From Octopus bimaculoides (lineage: Eukaryota): a stretch of 64,000 bases of DNA. Below, one piece after another: positions 1-11,750 of the stretch. Both the position numbers and the translations under genes were made by a program. Position 1 is the stretch's first letter. Each line of letters begins with the position of its first letter. The notes under the pieces were generated by a model. That model ran no database searches. It was not told the origin of the DNA and worked only from the letters and a program-made list of their open reading frames with translations. The stretch spans positions 64,020,404 to 64,084,403 of the forward strand of contig NC_068983.1 of NCBI RefSeq assembly GCF_001194135.2, in the 5' to 3' direction.

Positions 1-885
1 TACACGCTAACTACTTGATAAATTCTTATAAAGATGTTATCCTACATTTAAATTGTATATATATGTATATGTATACACACACAAACCCCCCCCCACACAT
101 ATATATATATATATATATANNNNNNNNNNNNNNNNNNNNNNNNNNNNNNNNNNNNNNNNNNNNNNNNNNNNNNNNNNNNNNNNNNNNNNNNNNNNNNNNN
201 NNNNNNNNNNNNNNNNNNNNNNNNNNNNNNNNNNNNNNNNNNNNNNNNNNNNNNNNNNNNNNNNNNNNNNNNNNNNNNNNNNNNNNNNNNNNNNNNNNNN
301 NNNNNNNNNNNNNNNNNNNNNNNNNNNNNNNNNNNNNNNNNNNNNNNNNNNNNNNNNNNNNNNNNNNNNNNNNNNNNNNNNNNNNNNNNNNNNNNNNNNN
401 NNNNNNNNNNNNNNNNNNNNNNNNNNNNNNNNNNNNNNNNNNNNNNNNNNNNNNNNNNNNNNNNNNNNNNNNNNNNNNNNNNNNNNNNNNNNNNNNNNNN
501 NNNNNNNNNNNNNNNNNNNNNNNNNNNNNNNNNNNNNNNNNNNNNNNNNNNNNNNNNNNNNNNNNNNNNNNNNNNNNNNNNNNNNNNNNNNNNNNNNNNN
601 NNNNNNNNNNNNNNNNNNNNNNNNNNNNNNNNNNNNNNNNNNNNNNNNNNNNNNNNNNNNNNNNNNNNNNNNNNNNNNNNNNNNNNNNNNNNNNNNNNNN
701 NNNNNNNNNNNNNNNNNNNNNNNNNNNNNNNNNNNNNNNNNNNNNNNNNNNNNNNNNNNNNNNNNNNNNNNNNNNNNNNNNNNNNNNNNNNNNNNNNNNN
801 NNNNNNNNNNNNNNNNNNNNNNNNNNNNNNNNNNNNNNNNNNNNNNNNNNNNNNNNNNNNNNNNNNNNNNNNNNNNNNNNNNNNN

Positions 886-917
<32 letters not shown>

Positions 918-1479
918 TATATAGACTTATATGAATAAATTGTCTAGATTTCGTGTCTAAACTGGGAGCCTATATTTGCAAGGCAAACGTTTTCATCTCA
1001 GGGACAGGTTTCTATGCACGTGTTTGAGTATGTGGGACAGAAAGTAAAAGAACAGAGAGAGAGAGAGTTTAAGATGTAGGGAAAGGAAGTGAAGGAGTCA
1101 GCGTGAATGTGTCTGCGCGCAAGCGCGTGTCTTTTTATAGAATTACGAAGTATCTTGTTGCAGACTACTTATGTCCTTAAATATACGATGCGTTTGGAGC
1201 AATGAAAATGCTTGTGCTTCTCATTGTATTACGAGAGTGGGATATGTCCTTAGTCGATAAACTAAATTACTCTTCTGCATACGAAATTATCCTAAAATAT
1301 ATGAGGAACGATTCACCGCTGTTAGCAGTAATGGTATACCATATTGTACGTATGATACTCTCCCTTGAGAGATTACCTCTATTAACCTGATTTATACAGG
1401 CTTACTTAAGGAATCTATAGCAGTGTTCAATTGTTATTACTGGCTTATTCACAATTGAATATACGATTGCAATATATTT

Positions 1480-1975
1480 AAGAGGCGGGATGGAAAACTA
1501 CAGTTGTTTTAATACTTTTAGGTATACTACAGGTCTAAATATTACGAGTAAGAATGAGAGTAGCTATGTTAAACTAGTAAACCTACTTGGGGCACTGACG
1601 CACCTATTCTAGATTGTAACTATGGGCATATTAACGTAGGTCATTAGAAAAGTTTTAGTTATATATACTTAAAACACAGCAGATCGAATGATACGCTTAG
1701 CTTCCGTTGCATTAGTACTGATAGAAATTATAATACGGGACAGGCATCGATTGAAGTTTGGTACCAGGAAAATGAGGATACAGAAATTGCCAGAGTAACC
1801 GGGAACATAAATATGGCAGGAAGTCCTTATCAGTATTATGGGGTTCCATGTCGTCTGTGTATTAAAGAATCAATCAAGTTTGTCAGAGAAAGTCCCCATA
1901 GCCATTTGAGGAGCCAGAGGAAGGCAATAACCTTCGGCGTTCATCAATATTTTCAAAAGCATTTCTTTTTTACCA
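1480..1975 (+). mobile_element. Old Penelope-like element (PLE) fragment, GIY-YIG endonuclease C-terminal region
   Basis: The frame ending in ORF 1813-2004 reads ASIEVWYQENEDTEIARVTGNINMAGSPYQYYGVPCRLCIKESIKFVRESPHSHLRSQRKAITFGVHQYF. This matches by eye the PLE pattern LSxxIWxLK...PY..G...CxLCLxEK...LN.R.E...CxH, and parallels the copies at 25.1k and 40.7k. Confidence 0.55.
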
Positions 1976-2642
1976 TATATATCGATATGTACTGCTTAGT
2001 CTAGATCTACGAACGCCGCCAACTTGTTGCACACCTGCGTTGTTGGGCCTCCAATTTCTGTAAATTTATCTTTATCAGTTTCTATCTTCACACTTTACGA
2101 TTATAGTTTTTAGAACTTATCATTTTAATAGTTAATTATTTTTATTATATTTATTCTCTTCATTCTTATTAGATCCCTAGTTTGTGATATGTTTAACCTA
2201 CTTCTCTTGCACCATGTATGACTTCCTCCTTAATTGGATCAACAACTGTTACTATCGATATTTACACCCCTTACTTAATCTTCTACTGAGGGTACCACAC
2301 TTCGCAACACTTGATCATTTTCAGTATCTTCATAACTAGACATAAAAAGAGGACATAAAACCAGCATAGTGTCTTAAACCTCTTCATTTTAATTCTTGTC
2401 TTTCAGTTTATCACACTGGCAGTCTTTTAGGGTATAACTCAACAAATATGAACATTTCTTCCCCTCTTTACTTTGAATGACTGACGATTATCTTGTTAGC
2501 TTTACCATCCATACCACTCCTCTCTACACCCCCTTCTACCTCTCTCTTCTCTCACTTCTTATTCTCCTTGTCTTGGTCCTCGGTTGTCTTCCTTCATCAG
2601 TTTTAGTGCTATTCTTTTTTTATTCTTTGCATACCATCTAGT

Positions 2643-2655
2643 GACTACTACTATA

Positions 2656-2719
<64 letters not shown>

Positions 2720-2720
2720 T

Positions 2721-2765
<45 letters not shown>

Positions 2766-2899
2766 CACTACTACTTTTTTTATTCGGTCTCACGCAAGTT
2801 AAATTTCGTAAGCTTCTTACCTAGCTCGTCAGGCTCAGGTAGCTTAATAGAGGCACACCGAGATTTGGACTGCTCTTGGTCAAGCCAATTTACATGGTT

Positions 2900-2993
<94 letters not shown>
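2643..2993. repeat. Microsatellites (CTA)n 2643-2773, (CT)n ~2902-2960 and (TA)n ~2963-2993
   Basis: Directly visible; they generate the poly-V/poly-T ORFs 2559-2802. Confidence 0.97.
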
Positions 2994-2998
<5 letters not shown>

Positions 2999-3053
2999 GC
3001 ATATGTGTGTTTATTTGGGTGCGAATATATGTATATTACATTATTAAAGTGTA

Positions 3054-3437
3054 GGCGCAATGGCCCAGTGGTTAGGGCAGCGGACTCGCGGTCATATGAT
3101 CGAGGATTCGACTCTCAGACCGGGCGTTGTGAGTGTTTATTGAGCGAAAACACATAAAGCTCCACCTGGCTCCGGCAGGGGCTGGTGGTGAACCCTGCTG
3201 TACTCTCTCACCACAAATTTCTCTCACTTTTACTTCCTGTTTCTGTTGTGCCTGTAATTCAAAGGGCCAGCCTTGTCACAGTGTGTCACGCTGAATATCC
3301 ACGAGAACTACGTTAAGGGTGCACGTGTCTGTGGAGTGCTCAGCCACTTGCACGTTAATTTCACGAGCAGTCTGTTCCGTTGATCGGATCAACTGGAACC
3401 CTCGTCGTCGTAAGCGACGGAGTGCCAACAACAACAA
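3054..3437 (+). mobile_element. tRNA-derived SINE, full length (resembles octopus tRNA-Arg-related OR-type SINEs)
   Basis: The head GGCGCAATGGCCCAGTGGTTAGGGCAGCGGACTCGCGGTC...GATTCGACTC has an A box (TGGCCCAGTGG) and a degenerate B box, and the copy ends in a (CAA)n tail. Related 3' parts lie on the minus strand at 57.9k and 58.3k. The family name comes from memory of Ohshima & Okada's octopus SINEs and was not checked. Confidence 0.85.
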
Positions 3438-4056
3438 TACATTACTAAAATTGTTGTCCTCCTCAACATAACAATACTTTTGCATAACAAAATTCTTTTG
3501 CAGTTTAATCATTCCTACCGTTATAAAATTCCAACGGCTTTATCATTTGAAAGCGAAGCCAATTTGTATGCAATTAAGTAAGTGTGTGTGTGTGTAGTTA
3601 TGAGAATATGTGTATGCTTGTGCGTATGTGACTGCTCGTCTCTTTGTGTAAGCGTGTGTGCCTGTGTGTGTAGCGTGTATATGCGTGTATCTTTATTTAA
3701 GTATTGCTTTCAGTGAATCTGCCTGTGATTACTTTTTTATGTAACATTTACATTCCAGCATTATTCTACGAAAAAACAAAATCCTTTGCACAAAATACAA
3801 CTTAAATACGGGTTTTATAAGGAAATGTAATTAGCCATACGTAGAACGAAAGCTATTGAGTTACATTTCCTCGTAGGGTACTTATAAAAGCAGTGCATCG
3901 GTTTCTGGTTAGTTTAATAGCTTTGTAGAAAATATTTGCAAACGAGTAAGATTATGTACAGAAAAATTAGTGAGTTGTCATAGCGTTTGTTAATAATGCT
4001 AGGCAGATTATTTCATGAAAAATGTGATGCTTATACACACAAGCATGTATACCTAT

Positions 4057-5045
4057 CGAAACTCCAAAGATGATCTGGAACTCGACTGACGAAAGAAAAT
4101 TCCAAAAGATCCATCGTTATCTTTTCTTGTCCCTTTTTGTATCATGTAACTGTTTGGATGTTTTGTTGTCGCCTGGTGTCGCCTGTAGTCTCCTGTAGTC
4201 GCCTGTAGTCGCCTGTTGTCGCCTGTAGTCGCCTGTTGCGTTCTTGTCCCATTTTTGTATTCTTTTTTATAAACATATCGCGGCGTACGTACACTTTGGT
4301 CTCTTATATGTAAGTACACATTAATATACATATCTAAATTTTATACGACTCTATTTCTTTCATTCTTTCTTTCTTTCTTTCAGCTCTTTCACACCTCATT
4401 CTTTCCACTCTTCTTTCTTTCGTTCCCCCTCTTTCCCATTTCCTAGCCTTCCTTTCATTCTCACCTTCCCTCTCTTTTTCACTTGACTCTGTCCCTTTTC
4501 TTTTTTTCTCGTCTCTCCCTAATTCTTCTATCCCTCTGCCTCTACATCCCTCCTCTCCTTCCACGTGACTGGTGTTCAGCCAAGCCTGACCTTTCTGTCT
4601 TGGTTCGACTACCATCCATGCAACATCTATATTCCTTCTCATGCCTATTATCTCTTATGTCCCTGCCATAAGGCTTTATTTTCACACACTCCAGTTTAAT
4701 TCAATCCGTCCTTAGTTGAAAGACACCTGTTGTCAATGTCCTGTTGTTTGCATTTGTATTTGTGTACCGGTTCTCCGTTTTTCCGTCCTTGTATTCGTAT
4801 ACATTCGCTTCTTTCTTCCAAGGAATCTAGTGCTCTTAGCTTAGATTTTACTTGGGGCTCGCCAGATTGGAGCAGTTTCGAGTATAACCAGCCGAAACTG
4901 CAAAGGTGATCTGGAACTCGACTGACGAAAGAAAACTCCGAATGACCTGTCCTTGTTTTTTCTTGTTCTTTTTTTGTATCATCTAATTATCTAGATGTTT
5001 TGTTGTTACCTGTTGCGTTCTTGTCCCTTTTTTTGGTATTCTTTG
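4057..5045 (+). mobile_element. Partial-tandem repeat element (PLE pseudo-LTR-like): direct repeats 4057-4270 and 4893-5045, 836 bp apart
   Basis: GATCTGGAACTCGACTGACGAAAGAAAA...TGTATCAT...GATGTTTTGTTGT...CCTGTTGCGTTCTTGTCCC occurs twice, and the second copy ends at a (TA)n tract. The PLE assignment is inferred from this architecture only; no coding motif was seen. Confidence 0.45.
4164..4233 (+). repeat. 10-bp minisatellite (TGTWGTCGCC)x7
   Basis: Seven consecutive 10-mers at 4164-4233 with few variants. Confidence 0.95.
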
Positions 5046-5683
5046 ATATATATATATATATATATATATGTATGGGATCTGAAGACAAGCTACAAACCAC
5101 ATTCAATCAAATGGATCATAGAGGCGCAAGTTATGTGTAGCTGAGAGATAGCACACTCATCTTAAATCCGAGAACTCCACTACACTACTGAACTACAGAT
5201 CCGAAATGATTCGAAAATGCAAGCACATTGACAAGTTTCTTTTGTCGAAATGGAAGACACCACTCACTCCGGAGTGAGTAGCTATTTCCGGGACGTTGGC
5301 TCCATCTCTATTACAATATTATACTCCAGCTAAATGAGCTAGGATTTCTATAGACAAAGTGGCCGAAGATCTTGTTATTCTTACAATTCATTCTTCTTGT
5401 TCCACTCCCGGCACCAAGCTTCATTGCATTTTTTCTTCTCCTTGTTTATTTCCCGCATGTTTTCCTATAGACAAGCGTCTTAGTTCTTAAATTCGTCTAA
5501 CGGTATGCACTGAGTCTGAAAGATTGGTTGGAAATACATGGAACGTTGCCTAAATCTGCCAAATTATTGTATCTTTAAGCATGAAACTTACTAAATCTTT
5601 TACAAAGCGCGTATCTTAACCGATATTTATCTCCTCCTGGAGATTCTACCTAATAACAAAACTATATATATATACATATATAC

Positions 5684-5727
<44 letters not shown>

Positions 5728-6734
5728 TGAGAGAGAGAGAGAGGGAGGGAGGGAGAGAAAGATATATAGAGAGAAATGAGTGAGAATATATGTCTGTGTG
5801 TTATGGAATTGAAGAAATTTCTTTTCAACTGTTGTTTTGATATATGATGGTTAGCTTCTGGCTTTACGAAAATGAAATCTTTTACACGAAATGTACCTGA
5901 AATGTAGGTTATATTGAAAAATTTAATCATTTTCACCTGAAACGAAAAGCAATTGAAATACTTTCACAAATATGAACATGTAACAAAAGTGTTTTCTGAT
6001 ATTGGCTGGTATAATATTTGTTAGTGCAAAATACTTCCAAACAGAGACAAACATGCAGAGAAAAATATCTTTTGTTTTCATTTCTAAAACGTTTGTTAAT
6101 AATGGATGACAGATCATTTTTACAATGATGGGTAGTGTTTCACAGCGAGAGTTGTACTTCTTCATATATTGAAGTTATGATTATAATTATCGTGTGTTGC
6201 CTAGAAGCATTTAAACAACGAATATGTATGAGGATGGGATAAACCAGTATGCTGAAACGTGACATTCTTCTGATTGATTTTTGAAATTTTATATTCACAC
6301 AGTTTTTGCTTTCATTATATCTTCATTTTGTATTCAGAACGTAAGGCTTCGAATTTATTTCGTTCAATAACAGAATAAAATCACTTTCTTCGAACGAGTG
6401 TCTCCGATGCTTAATTCTTTTGCAAAGTTAGTTCAAATTTTATTATAGTAAGCGTTATCTACTACAGGAAATAAAATCGAAATAATTAAGGTGTCACTGT
6501 AGTTTTCCGTCTCGTTTGATACATCAGTCTATTATTGCTGAAGTTCGCATCATGGCGCGATTTACTTTCTCATCACTCCGAATATGTCTCTCTCTTTAGA
6601 CTGTTTAAATGGTGAAGGCACGGTTCTTTCTCAGTCGAGATAATTATACAGAAATACAAACACTTTCTCATGCACATTAAAGCCCTTTCCCCCTTTCCCC
6701 GAAAATTTCAGGCCTTGTGCCTAGAGTAGAAAGG

Positions 6735-6925
6735 AATATCCGTAGCACGTCGGGCAAAATTCTTAGCGGCATATCGTCCGTCTTTACTTTTTGAGTTCAA
6801 ATTCCGCGAGTTCGATTTGCCTTTCATTCTTTCAGGGTCGATAGAATAGTTGAGAACTGGGGTAGATGAAATCAATTTGCCCTTCCTCCGAAATTGTTGG
6901 CCTTGTGCCAAAATTTGAAACCAAT
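6735..6925 (+). mobile_element. SINE family 2 copy (diverged)
   Basis: GTAGCACGTCGGGCAAAATTCTTAGCGGCATATCGTCC...GAGTTCAAATTCCGCGAG...TTTGCCTTTCATTCTTTCAGGGTCGATAG, with the B-box-like GAGTTCAAATTCC. It is homologous to the reverse complements at 11.6k, 17.4k and 29.3k. Confidence 0.8.
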
Positions 6926-9287
6926 ATGAATATGCCGTTTGACAGTGTATGACAAAGATCTGTCTACACAGCCCACATATGAGCACCGTCCCACTTCACT
7001 CAAACATCACAGCCCTGATTCAGATGTTCCATATCTACTCTTCATCAACTCTGTTGTTTCTCTGAGACGAGTTTTGCCACCTGCTCAATTCTGTTTCGAT
7101 TGTATATGAACCTTTTGTTACTTCAATCAACGTTTACACCTGTTCATATATACTACTCTTCCTCCTCCTTAACGTTTACACTCCTATCTGACATATATAT
7201 TTTAGCATCGTTATTCCATGTCACATACATTTGTACACTCTCCATCTAGGACTGTAGTATCTACACGTGAATGGTTTTGAAAAGAACGTGTGCATTATTT
7301 TAATAAGACCGTTATCTAGGAGCAGAAAAAAGCTGTGGTTATCAGTTAATCCTTTTAATGATGCACATTTTCGAATAACTTTTTCCACTTCTCTATAACC
7401 ACTGAAGAGTTAAACTTATATATACCACCACCAGATTTTTTTTAGAGAATATCATGAAGTTGATATGATAAAAATCAGGTGGGTGAACAAAGGGTGAACG
7501 AATAGCTGTACCAATGATATATCTCCAGCTTCCCTCCAAATGTACGCGAGAAAAGGTTGATATATTTAAATTAAATTCTGATCAATTAGTAGGTGTATCG
7601 GGGGTTGCCAAATCGCTCTAATCATATATCTACGTCATAGATGAAGCGGTTTTGTTGATCTGCTCCACATCACTGATGTCCGTTTTGTAAACGACATTTT
7701 TATCACCAAATGGACGACAACGGAGAGATCCATTCGGACATTTAGTTTTTGGTTCCGTATTTATTTATTGCTGCCAAGTATATGGGAAGGGTTTTTCCCA
7801 ATCTTTTCAGCTAATTACAGTTGTTATCAAAGTACTGTCGTACAGGTAAGATTTATTCATATTATAGATATTTCCGTGCAGAATTTATTCTCAATATAAA
7901 ATCAGTAACCAAATATTTTGGTTGATGGGTTTGTTAGAGACGCAGCAATAGTTGAAATTATCCATAAGAAAAAATTGGATCCATTGGAAATATCCTTATC
8001 AGCATCGGCAAAAATGAAAGACGACTACATTGAACTTGGATTAAATATGGTGTGGGATTTATCAAGTTATGATTCGACTAAAGAACCTAAGTGAAAGATG
8101 CGAATACGGATGCAATAAACTTCTGTGTCAATTTCATCTATTTGGTCGAATGATTATAACTGTGCTATAACTTACTTTTGGATGATAACGCGTTGTTGCT
8201 GATGAATCTCGCAGTATTGAGAACCGAACTCGGTTTTTTTTTGTATCGCTTAATATCACCGCTGTCTTTCTTTGTTTTTGAGACTATCCCAGATAAATTA
8301 AAATTCAAGCAAATAATGTAAGCAAGCCGGAGACCTACACTTTTATGAATGTTGAAATCATTTTCGAGCGGTATAATTGAATCTTAACAGATTATTAGCA
8401 GCATTCTTGATGATGAATGTAAGAAGTGTGTTTGTATGTGTAAGAGAAAAGTGGGAAGTTGTGGGAGTCGGGTGGCTGTGAGCTGTGTGTGTATCCTGTG
8501 TATGCAGAAACAGTTCTTGTGTGTTGAGGGTGGGTGTGAGTATTGCGTGGAAGAAGAAATGGGTAGTGAGGGAGAGTGTGAGATGGTATGTATGGGAGTG
8601 ACGTGGAAGAAGGGGACAGAGCGAAACAGACAAAGAGAAGCAGTGAATATTGATGTAGCACGCAAGGAAACGTTGCGACTGAAAGACGTTCCTCTGTGGA
8701 GGGAAGTGTTGGAGGGTGCAGGGTTTGTGATCCTTTACTATTAGTAAATGTTTTGGTTTAGTAATAATTTATTGCTGCTAAGCATCAGGGAGAAACGTTT
8801 GCCAATATTTTTAGTTAATTACAGTTGTTATCATAGTACTGTCGTCTATAAATGTATTTATATCCGGAAGATCAGCAACCCGTTGCTAAACCGGATGTGT
8901 CTGAGACGCATTGCTAACCTGGTTTGCTTGATTTAGACAAAATATATATGAATGTATGTAGTTGTTTTTTTTATATCAAATGTATGACTTTAAAAGTAAC
9001 TTCACTCGATTTGTCATACAAAGTCCATTGTAGAGTTCTAATCAAATTGCTTATTTTACTTAACATTGTTACAGAAGATCTAAGAAGAAATAAGTCTGCA
9101 TTTCATTTAACGCATATAATTTGTGTTCAACTCAGTCACACACAGACTATATTTACATACTCACACATCCCCACCACCACCCACCTACACACACAATCAT
9201 ATACACACATGCACATACAAACATGCACATACACACAAACACTCACACACTTACACACAAACACACATTCACACACGCACTCAGGCG

Positions 9288-9318
<31 letters not shown>

Positions 9319-10280
9319 ACACACACACACACACATGCAGGCAGGGAATAGAACTTTGCACGCTTTCATATATGTTTTAACAATATATTGCAATTTGTCC
9401 TGAGTGACTGAATCTCGAAACATCTTTTGACTTCATTAGCATTCCTACAGGAAATATGTGCACCAATGACAGATTTCTTTTTTCTTCTGATTTCTACAGA
9501 AAGCAATATTTCTATAGAGTATTAATTACGGAAAAAGGAATAGCGAAAATAAGCTGGAGAACTAACTCGCATCATATTGCTTCATAAAAGAATGGAACGC
9601 GTGCTTAATAAAGATTCTTTTAATTCTAAATGAATCAACTATTATATTTTTCCATTAGGGAAAATTGTCGTTACTCTGTAACGGTGGTGCATGAACATAT
9701 CCTGTTTTGATCTGTGAAAAATCACTCCATTATTGCGCGACGCCACTAGCAATATAAATGATAAGTGCATAACCAATAATCTTCACAAACTTTAATCATA
9801 ATGCCTTATGACATTTCTATTATTGTTTAAACTGGGTTAGCCAAAAACTACACTCGTATTAAAGTATAGCGAAAGTGAAATCAACCTGTTATCGGCCTTC
9901 TTTGTTCGAACGTATTCTTGTACTACATTGTTTAACGTGCTCTTTCTTAAGTCGGAAGGGTAGGAGTAGAGGTATATTTGGCTACAGAATGTAGAAACCC
10001 ATGACATCCGTACTTGTGCTGTAATAGTATCAGTTCGATTACCCTCTCGAAATAATCAAGCTGATTATGCTAATTAAATAATTAATATAATCAATGTTAG
10101 AAACTTCAATGTGTGGAGTAAACACTTCAGGTAAAAGTGTTCCTACGCGAGGTAATAGGCGAAGTATTTCTAACAAATATCGCATCAGAGGTAAACATCT
10201 TTTGTAAACGCTTATTTCAATTCAGTAATGGTTGAAAGAACAGTATGATATACACGCTCTACGCTGAAATCGAAAGGAAA

Positions 10281-11430
10281 TATTCCGTGCTACTTGGACG
10301 GGAAATATAACTGAAACTAACAAGATTATTTGGACTGCAGCTATAGATACTGCAGGTAAGGTTGTATACAAAAGAAGAAAACAAATAGAACGTAAAGAAC
10401 CATACTGGCGTAGACAAAATTGTGAGCAACAAAGTTAAAAATACATTTAGGATAAGTTGATAGGTTGAAAAGAGGTGAATTGCAGAATGACAGCATAAGA
10501 ATAAAGCTGAAATGAACATAGACGAAGAGAGAAAGGGTATAATGTGATATTGGACGAAATGGAACAAAAAGTAGTAGCAATGAAAGTAAAACTTAGAAAG
10601 ATATGACTATAGAACAAAAGAATTAAGGCAAAACAAATTGCTTGAAGCAAATCACAACAAACAGGTTCAGGAACAAGATGGGCAATTATGAATAACAATG
10701 AGACCAGTTGCAGAGGAAAGCAGGGTATTTGGAGAAAAGATACACATGGAGAGAATATGTCATAAAAATTTAGAGCTTGCGGAACTTGAAACGAGAAGGT
10801 GGTACACATTGTGTCAGAATGCCCCAAGTTGGAAAAGCAAGGATATAAGAAATAAAAGTACGACTATGTTGTAAACGTTTTACACTGGAAACTGTGCTAG
10901 AAATGGGTATTTGAAGATGGAAACAAATGATGCAATTATCAGTTCGAAAGAGCACCATAGTCGGACAAATGCAAGATTCTGTGGGGCTTTCCAGTTCAAA
11001 CGGACAAGAAATTAGAAAACAATAGACCAGATATTACAGTCATAGATAAGGAAAAGTGAAGTTACTTACCTATCGACCCATCATGCCCATTTGTTTCCAA
11101 GAACGTAAGGAAAGAGAAAGAAGAAATACAATCTCCTAAAGTTTGAAAGAGGAAGAATTTGGAGCATGCAAACAATAAAGGTCATGCCTATAATAAATGA
11201 TGCGCTGGGAACAATAAGTTAAGTTATAGGCAAATGGCTGAGCGAGATTAAATAGAATGCCCGGTAGAGCTCCTACAGAAGGTTTGACTTTTAGGGGCTG
11301 CAGGGTTTATCAGGAGCGTATTAAGTACTTCAAAAACTGCTGAAAACTTGTGGATACCTAAGGTAACAGGTAGTGACCCACAATCCACTTAAACCCTACC
11401 AAAAATAACACTGACCCTGAGACAAACCAA
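10281..11430 (+). mobile_element. RLE non-LTR retrotransposon (R4/Dong-like), internally deleted and lacking the RT
   Basis: The N-terminal part (ITETNKIIWTAA...EPYWRR...RQNKL...PVAEESRVF) joins at ~10732 directly to a zinc-knuckle region (RACG...VVHIVSECPKL...LHWKLC) and an RLE motif (KILWGFPVQTDKKLENNRPDITVID...IDPSCP). It carries multiple stops and frameshifts. Confidence 0.85.
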
Positions 11431-11506
11431 ACTGATAATGTTACGTGTGTGTGTGTGTGTGTGTGTGTGATTGCGTGCGTGTATGCGTGCGTGTATGCGT
11501 GCCTGT

Positions 11507-11558
<52 letters not shown>

Positions 11559-11639
11559 CTGTGTCAGTGTACGTGTTTGTGTTGGTTTCAAATTTTGTCA
11601 CAAGTCTAGTATTTCGATTAAAACTATCTCAGCACTGAA

Positions 11640-11750
11640 CTGGTAATTATTTCATCAACACCGAAAGGATGAAAGGCAAAGTCCAACACGACGGAATTTT
11701 AAAATCAGAACGTAAACACGGTCGAAATTCCGCTAGGCATCTCCAATTTT
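11640..11750 (-). mobile_element. SINE family 2 fragment
   Basis: CCGAAAGGATGAAAGGCAAAGTCC...CGGAATTT...CAGAACGTAAACACGGTCGAAATTCCGCTAGGCAT is the reverse complement of the 6.7k family. Confidence 0.75.

Noticed and set aside
2575-2840. Hammerhead-like cores on the minus strand (CTGATGAAGG at ~2590; CTGACGA...GAAA at ~2804-2832)
   Set aside because: The first lacks GAAA and stems. The second has a 5-nt insertion before stem II and no convincing stem I or III. They are possibly very old remnants but are not supportable.
3054-3130. tRNA-like heads (also at 38430 and 47152) as real tRNA genes
   Set aside because: No complete cloverleaf or acceptor stem. They continue into multi-copy SINE bodies.
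4080-4950. CTGACGA-AAGAAAACTCC-GAAT motifs in the direct repeats
   Set aside because: GAAA is replaced by GAAT or AAAA, and I could not find a consistent stem I / stem III / NUH arrangement.
5262-5279. Perfect 18-bp palindrome ACTCACTCCGGAGTGAGT
   Set aside because: A single palindrome of this length is not far from chance expectation in 64 kb, and it has no supporting context.
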